31,032 nucleotides of DNA from Deltaproteobacteria bacterium. GTDB lineage: Bacteria > Myxococcota_A > UBA9160 > UBA6930. The notes below the pieces were generated by a model. The model worked only from the letters and a program-made list of their open reading frames with translations. It was not told where the DNA came from and searched no databases. The stretch is from contig JANNKN010000220.1 of NCBI GenBank assembly GCA_031396315.1, positions 1 to 31,032 of the forward strand, in the 5' to 3' direction. The translations under genes and the position numbers were made by a program. Below, in pieces: positions 26,413 to 31,032 of the stretch (position 1 is the stretch's first letter; the number at the start of each line of letters is the position of its first letter).

Positions 26413-28923
26413 ATGGAGGATTCGACGGAACACAGCGGCGTGCGCAGCGGCTTCGCGCTCGCGGCGGCGGCCGCGCTCACGCTCGCTGCGGCGCTCGCGC
26501 ACGCCGAGGCTCCCGCCCCGCCCTACGCGCTGGCGCCGAACCGCGAGATGTCGCCGACTGTCTCGCTCACGAAGCTGCCGAGCGGCATCCGCGCCCCGAA
26601 GATCGACGGCCGCCTCAACGACTCGGCCTGGGAGTACGCCGGCGCCCTCGGCGCGTTCACGCAGCAGAGCCCGCACGAAGGCGCCGAGCCCACCTTCAAG
26701 ACCGACGTCAAGGTGCTCTACGACGCCAAGTACTTCTACGTCTCGGTGCGCGCGTGGGACCCCGAGCCCGAGAAGCTCATCACGAAGGTGATGCGGCGCG
26801 ACACGAGCCAGCGCAGCGACGACCGCGTGCTGATCACGATCGACACGTTCCACGACAAGCGGAACGGCTACATGTTCTCGACCAATCCGAACAGCGGCCG
26901 CTACGAGGCGCTGATCGAGAACAACCAGACCGTGCGCACCGAGTGGGACGGCATCTGGTTCGCGAAGGCGCGCGTCGACGCGGAAGGCTGGACCGCCGAG
27001 TTCGCGTTCCCGTTCCAGTCGCTCGCGTTCGACCCGAAGCAGACGACCTGGGGCTTCAACGTCACGCGGAGCGTGCGCCGCATCAACGAAGAGAGCCGCT
27101 GGGCCTCGTGGCGCCAGAACAAGTTCCCGCTCGACATGTCCGAGGCGGGCGCGCTCACCGGCATCGTCGGCGTCGTGCCGGGGATCGGCCTCGATGTCGT
27201 TCCGTACGGCGCGGTCGGCGGCTTCGTCGAGCGCAACGTGGACGAGATCCCGCCGTTCAGCCCGACCGAGCACCGCGACTACTCGACGCTCGATCCCGGC
27301 CTCGACGTCTACTACAAGCTCACGCCCTCGATCACCGGCGCGCTCACCTTCAACACCGACTTCTCGGACTCCGACATCGACGCGCGCCAAGTGAACCTCG
27401 ACCGCTTCGCGCTGTTCTTCCCCGAGACGCGCGATTTCTTCCTGCAGGACGCCGGCATCTTCGACTTCGGCGGCATCGGCGAGCAGGTCATGTTCAACGA
27501 CATCTCGAACCCGAATGGCATGCCGTTCTTCACGCGCAAGGTGGGCATCTTCTCGGATCCGACCGGCGTCGCGGGCACCGACATCCTCGACATCCGCGCC
27601 GGCGCGAAGGTCACGGGCCGCGTCGGGCGCCTCAACTTCGGCGTGATGAACGTGCAGCTCGAAGACTTCGAGCTGCACTGCAACCTCGACGTCGCACGCG
27701 ACCAGCGCGAGTGCGGCAAGCGGGCGTCGGCCGCGCGCGAAACGAATCTGCGCATCGGCAACAAGAACCTGTCGGTGGCGCGCGCGAAGTGGAACTTCGG
27801 CGCGGAGTCCACCGCGGGCGTGATCGCGACATACGGCGACCCGAACAGCCCCGGCACGGGCTCGACCGTCGGCGCGGACTTCCGCCTGCGCTCGAGCCAC
27901 GTGCGAGGCAACCAGATCGCCGAGCTGATCGGCTGGGCGCAGCGCACGAGCCTGTCTGGCCACGCGCGCGAGTTCCGCGAGCTGGTGCCCGACTCGGGTC
28001 CCCGCCGCGACGACTTCGACTCGAAGAGCGACGAGGCCTACGGCCTGCGCTTCCGCTACCCGAACGATCACTGGTTCGTAGACGCATCGTGGTCGCGCAT
28101 CGGCGAGGATTTCGATCCGGCGCTCGGCTTCGTGAATCGCCCCGGCGTCGACCAGTTCCACACCTTCGCGCGCAAGCGCTGGCGGCCAGCAAGCGGTTAC
28201 GTGCGGACCTACGACAGCTTCTTGGAAGCCGATCTGGTGCAGGGACTCGACGGGCACCTGCAGACGTTGATCCTCAACCCGACGTTTCTCGAGATCCACA
28301 ATCAGCTCGACGACTTCATCTACCTCGGCGCCGAATCGCGCAGCGAGATCATCTCCGACGTCGACATCTACTCCGACTGCGCCGGCTTCTACATCAACGA
28401 GACGCCGCTGCTCTGCATCCCGGCGAAGCGTTTCGACTGGCGCCGCGTGCAGGTCGGCTTCGGCATGGCGCAATCGCGCCCCGTCGCGCTCTACCTCGAT
28501 TACTCGTACGGCGGCTTCTTCGGCGGCAAGCTCCACTCGATCGAAGCGAGTGCCGAGCTCCGGCTGAGCAAGCACTTCTACGGGCAGCTCGACTACGTCG
28601 AGAACCGCGCGGATCTGCCCGCCGGCTTCGAAGTGTGTGCGCCGCTGAGCTGCGAGGGCAGCGGCGATTTCGTCCAGCGCCTCGTGCGGCTGCGCGCGCA
28701 GATCATCTTCACGCCGGACATCAGCTGGGACACGTTCGCGCAGTACGACAACCTGAGCAGCTCGGTCGGCTGGAACAGCCGCCTGCGCTGGATCCTTCAG
28801 CCCGGCAACGAGCTCGTGATCATTTGGAACCAGTCGCAAGGCGCGAGCGACATCGAAGGCCGCGATTTCCGCTTCCAGAGCGCAGGCCTGACCACCAAGC
28901 TGGGCTGGACTTTCCGCTTCTGA
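26413..28923 (+). CDS. DUF5916 / CBM9-like domain outer-membrane beta-barrel protein
   Basis: Signal peptide ending AHA. IDGRLND..W, WDGIW, WTAEFAFP, NTDFS...NLDRFALFFPETRDFF and FFTRKVG. C-terminal aromatic barrel signature WTFRF. Confidence 0.85.
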   Translation: MEDSTEHSGVRSGFALAAAAALTLAAALAHAEAPAPPYALAPNREMSPTVSLTKLPSGIRAPKIDGRLNDSAWEYAGALGAFTQQSPHEGAEPTFKTDVKVLYDAKYFYVSVRAWDPEPEKLITKVMRRDTSQRSDDRVLITIDTFHDKRNGYMFSTNPNSGRYEALIENNQTVRTEWDGIWFAKARVDAEGWTAEFAFPFQSLAFDPKQTTWGFNVTRSVRRINEESRWASWRQNKFPLDMSEAGALTGIVGVVPGIGLDVVPYGAVGGFVERNVDEIPPFSPTEHRDYSTLDPGLDVYYKLTPSITGALTFNTDFSDSDIDARQVNLDRFALFFPETRDFFLQDAGIFDFGGIGEQVMFNDISNPNGMPFFTRKVGIFSDPTGVAGTDILDIRAGAKVTGRVGRLNFGVMNVQLEDFELHCNLDVARDQRECGKRASAARETNLRIGNKNLSVARAKWNFGAESTAGVIATYGDPNSPGTGSTVGADFRLRSSHVRGNQIAELIGWAQRTSLSGHAREFRELVPDSGPRRDDFDSKSDEAYGLRFRYPNDHWFVDASWSRIGEDFDPALGFVNRPGVDQFHTFARKRWRPASGYVRTYDSFLEADLVQGLDGHLQTLILNPTFLEIHNQLDDFIYLGAESRSEIISDVDIYSDCAGFYINETPLLCIPAKRFDWRRVQVGFGMAQSRPVALYLDYSYGGFFGGKLHSIEASAELRLSKHFYGQLDYVENRADLPAGFEVCAPLSCEGSGDFVQRLVRLRAQIIFTPDISWDTFAQYDNLSSSVGWNSRLRWILQPGNELVIIWNQSQGASDIEGRDFRFQSAGLTTKLGWTFRF

Positions 28924-28965
28924 GTGCTTCGGGCGACGAGTCCGCCGCCACGGGAGCGCCAGCGC

Positions 28966-29334
28966 TCAGATTCCGAGCTTCTCGAGTAGCGGCGGTCCTA
29001 ACACCAACAGCCCCGCGACGGCAGCCGCGAGTGCTGCGAGCAACACGCCGCCCGCGGCAACGTCCTTCGCCTTCGCGACGAGCGGGTGCGGGGCCGGCGC
29101 GACGCGATCCGCGAGCGCTTCGAGCGACGTGTTCAGCGCCTCGGCCGCGAGCACGCCGCCGATCGCGAGTGCGAGCAGCGCAGCCTCCGCGCGCGAGACG
29201 CGCAGCCACGCGGCGAGCGCGCTCACCGCGAACGCGGCAGCGAGGTGAATGCGCGCGTTGGGCTCGCGCGCGAACGCGGCGATGCCGCGCAGCGCGAAGC
29301 CGAAGCTCGCAGCGCGCGCGCGCCACCCGCTCAC
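28966..29334 (-). CDS. dgkA: Diacylglycerol/undecaprenol kinase family protein
   Basis: SFGFALRGI...EPNARIH, AEALNTSLEALAD and AKDVAAGGVL. The GTG start overlaps the mobA stop (GTGA). Confidence 0.9.
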   Translation of the reverse strand: MSGWRARAASFGFALRGIAAFAREPNARIHLAAAFAVSALAAWLRVSRAEAALLALAIGGVLAAEALNTSLEALADRVAPAPHPLVAKAKDVAAGGVLLAALAAAVAGLLVLGPPLLEKLGI

Positions 29335-29936
29335 GTCCGCGCCTCGCGCGCCGCGAGCCGCGCGTACTCGTCGGGGGTGTTCACGTTCGCGAGCGCGCGG
29401 CCGTCTGGATCGAGCGAGGCGAGGTCGTCGCCTTCGAGCCAGCTCACGGCGAGCCCGTCCAGCATCGCGTTCAGCGCGAGCTTCCCGCGTGCGAGGCAAT
29501 GCTGCGCCGCCGCGAGCGCGGGCGCGCGGCGATTGAGCGCGCACCGCGGCTGCGCGAAGCCGCCCGCGCGCGGCACGACGGCGTCGGCCTCGGGAAAGGC
29601 GGTGAGCCCCAACAAGAGATCCGGCGTGATCGCCATCAGGTCGGTCGCGAGCACGAGCACGCGCTCCTCGCGTGCAGCGGCGAGCGCCGTCGCGACGCCG
29701 AGCAAACCGCAGCGCGGGCCTTCGGCGTCCGCGACGCGGCGGCCTGGCGCGCTCGTGGGCGGATCGCCGCCGACGAGCAGCACCTCCTCGAACAAGCCCG
29801 CGAGCAGCTTCGCGAGCCGCTCCGCTGCGGGCTCGCCCGCGATCACCAGGTGGGCCTTGTCGCGACCCATGCGCGTCGAGGCTCCGCCCAACAACAGCGC
29901 GGCGCTCACGTTCGCGATGCGCGATTCGCCGCTCAC
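29331..29936 (-). CDS. mobA: Molybdenum cofactor guanylyltransferase
   Basis: LLLGGASTRMGRDKA, GLLGVATAL, VLATD and NVNTPDEY. Directly downstream of moeA. Confidence 0.85.
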   Translation of the reverse strand: MSGESRIANVSAALLLGGASTRMGRDKAHLVIAGEPAAERLAKLLAGLFEEVLLVGGDPPTSAPGRRVADAEGPRCGLLGVATALAAAREERVLVLATDLMAITPDLLLGLTAFPEADAVVPRAGGFAQPRCALNRRAPALAAAQHCLARGKLALNAMLDGLAVSWLEGDDLASLDPDGRALANVNTPDEYARLAAREART

Positions 29937-29946
29937 CGCGGAACGC

Positions 29947-31032
29947 TCACGTCGCAGCCCGCGCGAAGAAGCTCTCGTCGAGCACGATCACGCGCGCGCG
30001 CGAGCCCGCCGCGATCTCGCTCGCCTCGCTCGGGAAGACGAGCAGCCCGTCCGCCAGCGTCATCGAGCGCAGCACGCCGCTGCTCTGATTTCCGGTCGTG
30101 CGAGCGACGACGACGCCGTCGCTGCGCCGTTCGAGGAAGACGCGGACGTAGTGCTCGCGACCGGGCTTCTTGCGGAAGGCCTCGCCGGCGACCGCCTCGA
30201 TCTCGGGGCGCGCCGACTCGCGCCGGCCAGCGAGCCGTAACAACAGCGGCCGCACGAACAGCTCGAAGGTCACCATCGCCGAGACCGGATTGCCCGGCAG
30301 GCCGAACACGAACGCGCCTTCGCCGTCGTTCGCGCGCCCGAACGCGATCGGGTAGCCGGGCTTCATCTCGACGCCCCAAAATGCGAGGCGAACACCGAGC
30401 TTCTCGAGTGTCGGGCGCACGTGGTCGTGATCGCCGACCGAGACGCCCGCGCTCGAGACGAGCACGTCCGCAGCGAGGCCCGCGCGCAGCAAGCGCTCGA
30501 GGTCGCCCGGCGTGTCGCGCGCGATGCCCAAGTTGTTGGGGAGCGCGCCGACCTCGCGGCACTGCGCCGCGATCGTGTACGCGTTCGACGAGACGATGCG
30601 GCCGTTCGTGGGCTCCTCGTGCGGCTCGACGAGCTCGTCGCCGCCCGAGAGCACCGCGACCGTGGGCTGCCGATGCACGTGCACGAGCGTGTGGCCGAGC
30701 GACGCCAGCATGCCCACCTCGGCCGGCCCGACGCGCACGCCCGTCGAGAGCACGAGATCCCCCGCGCGCACGTCCTCGCCGGCCTCGCGCACGCTCTCGC
30801 CGCGCACGGCGGCGACTTGCACGAGCACCTCACCCGCGCGCGCCTCGGTGTCTTCCTGACGCACGACGGTGTCGGCGCCGGCGGGAACGGGCGCACCGGT
30901 GAAGATGCGCGCGGCCTCCCCCGCCGCGAGCGCGCGCGGCGCCTGCCCGCCCGCCGCCACCACGTACGCGACGCGCAGCCGCGCGCCCGGCGCAGCGACG
31001 TCGGCGGCGCGCAGCGCGTAGCCGTCCATGGC
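29947..31032 (-). CDS. moeA: Molybdopterin molybdenumtransferase (gephyrin-like), 5'-truncated by window edge
   Basis: AMDGYA, IFTGAPVPAGADTVVRQED, SGGDEL, SSAGVSVGDHD, MKPG, GLPGNPVSA and NQSSGVLRSM. Confidence 0.95.
   Translation of the reverse strand, partial: AMDGYALRAADVAAPGARLRVAYVVAAGGQAPRALAAGEAARIFTGAPVPAGADTVVRQEDTEARAGEVLVQVAAVRGESVREAGEDVRAGDLVLSTGVRVGPAEVGMLASLGHTLVHVHRQPTVAVLSGGDELVEPHEEPTNGRIVSSNAYTIAAQCREVGALPNNLGIARDTPGDLERLLRAGLAADVLVSSAGVSVGDHDHVRPTLEKLGVRLAFWGVEMKPGYPIAFGRANDGEGAFVFGLPGNPVSAMVTFELFVRPLLLRLAGRRESARPEIEAVAGEAFRKKPGREHYVRVFLERRSDGVVVARTTGNQSSGVLRSMTLADGLLVFPSEASEIAAGSRARVIVLDESFFARAAT

Noticed and set aside
26754-30902. 1382-aa plus-strand ORF, and other very long Arg/Ala/Pro-rich ORFs (e.g. 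14478-17201 +, 26383-28839 -, 14539-16809 -, 3983-5590 -)
   Set aside because: These are shadow frames of real genes in about 70% GC DNA. They are low-complexity, have no motifs, and overlap well-supported CDSs.

Overview
A very GC-rich (roughly 70% by inspection), gene-dense bacterial window with about 30 CDSs. I see no rRNA, tRNA, CRISPR array or transposase. The host looks diderm (MsrPQ, a DUF5916-type outer-membrane protein, a sigma-54-like promoter). It also carries many lipid/steroid catabolic enzymes resembling mycobacterial ones: a 3-ketosteroid dehydrogenase-like flavoprotein, an EchA12-like crotonase, an EthA-like monooxygenase, TesB, two SnoaL/NTF2 proteins, an LLM oxidoreductase and a FadA5-like thiolase. 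This fits a Myxococcota/Deltaproteobacteria-like lineage, which is an inference. The rest is envelope, redox and cofactor genes: an orphan priming glycosyltransferase, an SLT lipoprotein, sixA, msrPQ, doxX and moeA-mobA-dgkA. Most unusual elements: (1) a 756-aa in-frame fusion of an MFS transporter to a NAPE-PLD-like metallo-beta-lactamase through an internal signal-peptide-like linker; (2) an orphan protein with an apparently inactivated PD-(D/E)xK-like core and a C-terminal PcrA-type Tudor-like domain, coupled to the SLT gene; (3) a perfect 35-bp inverted-repeat doublet with REPIN/MITE-like architecture; (4) a start-less remnant of a probable secreted beta-helix gene. Family assignments come from motif recognition and recall, not database searches.
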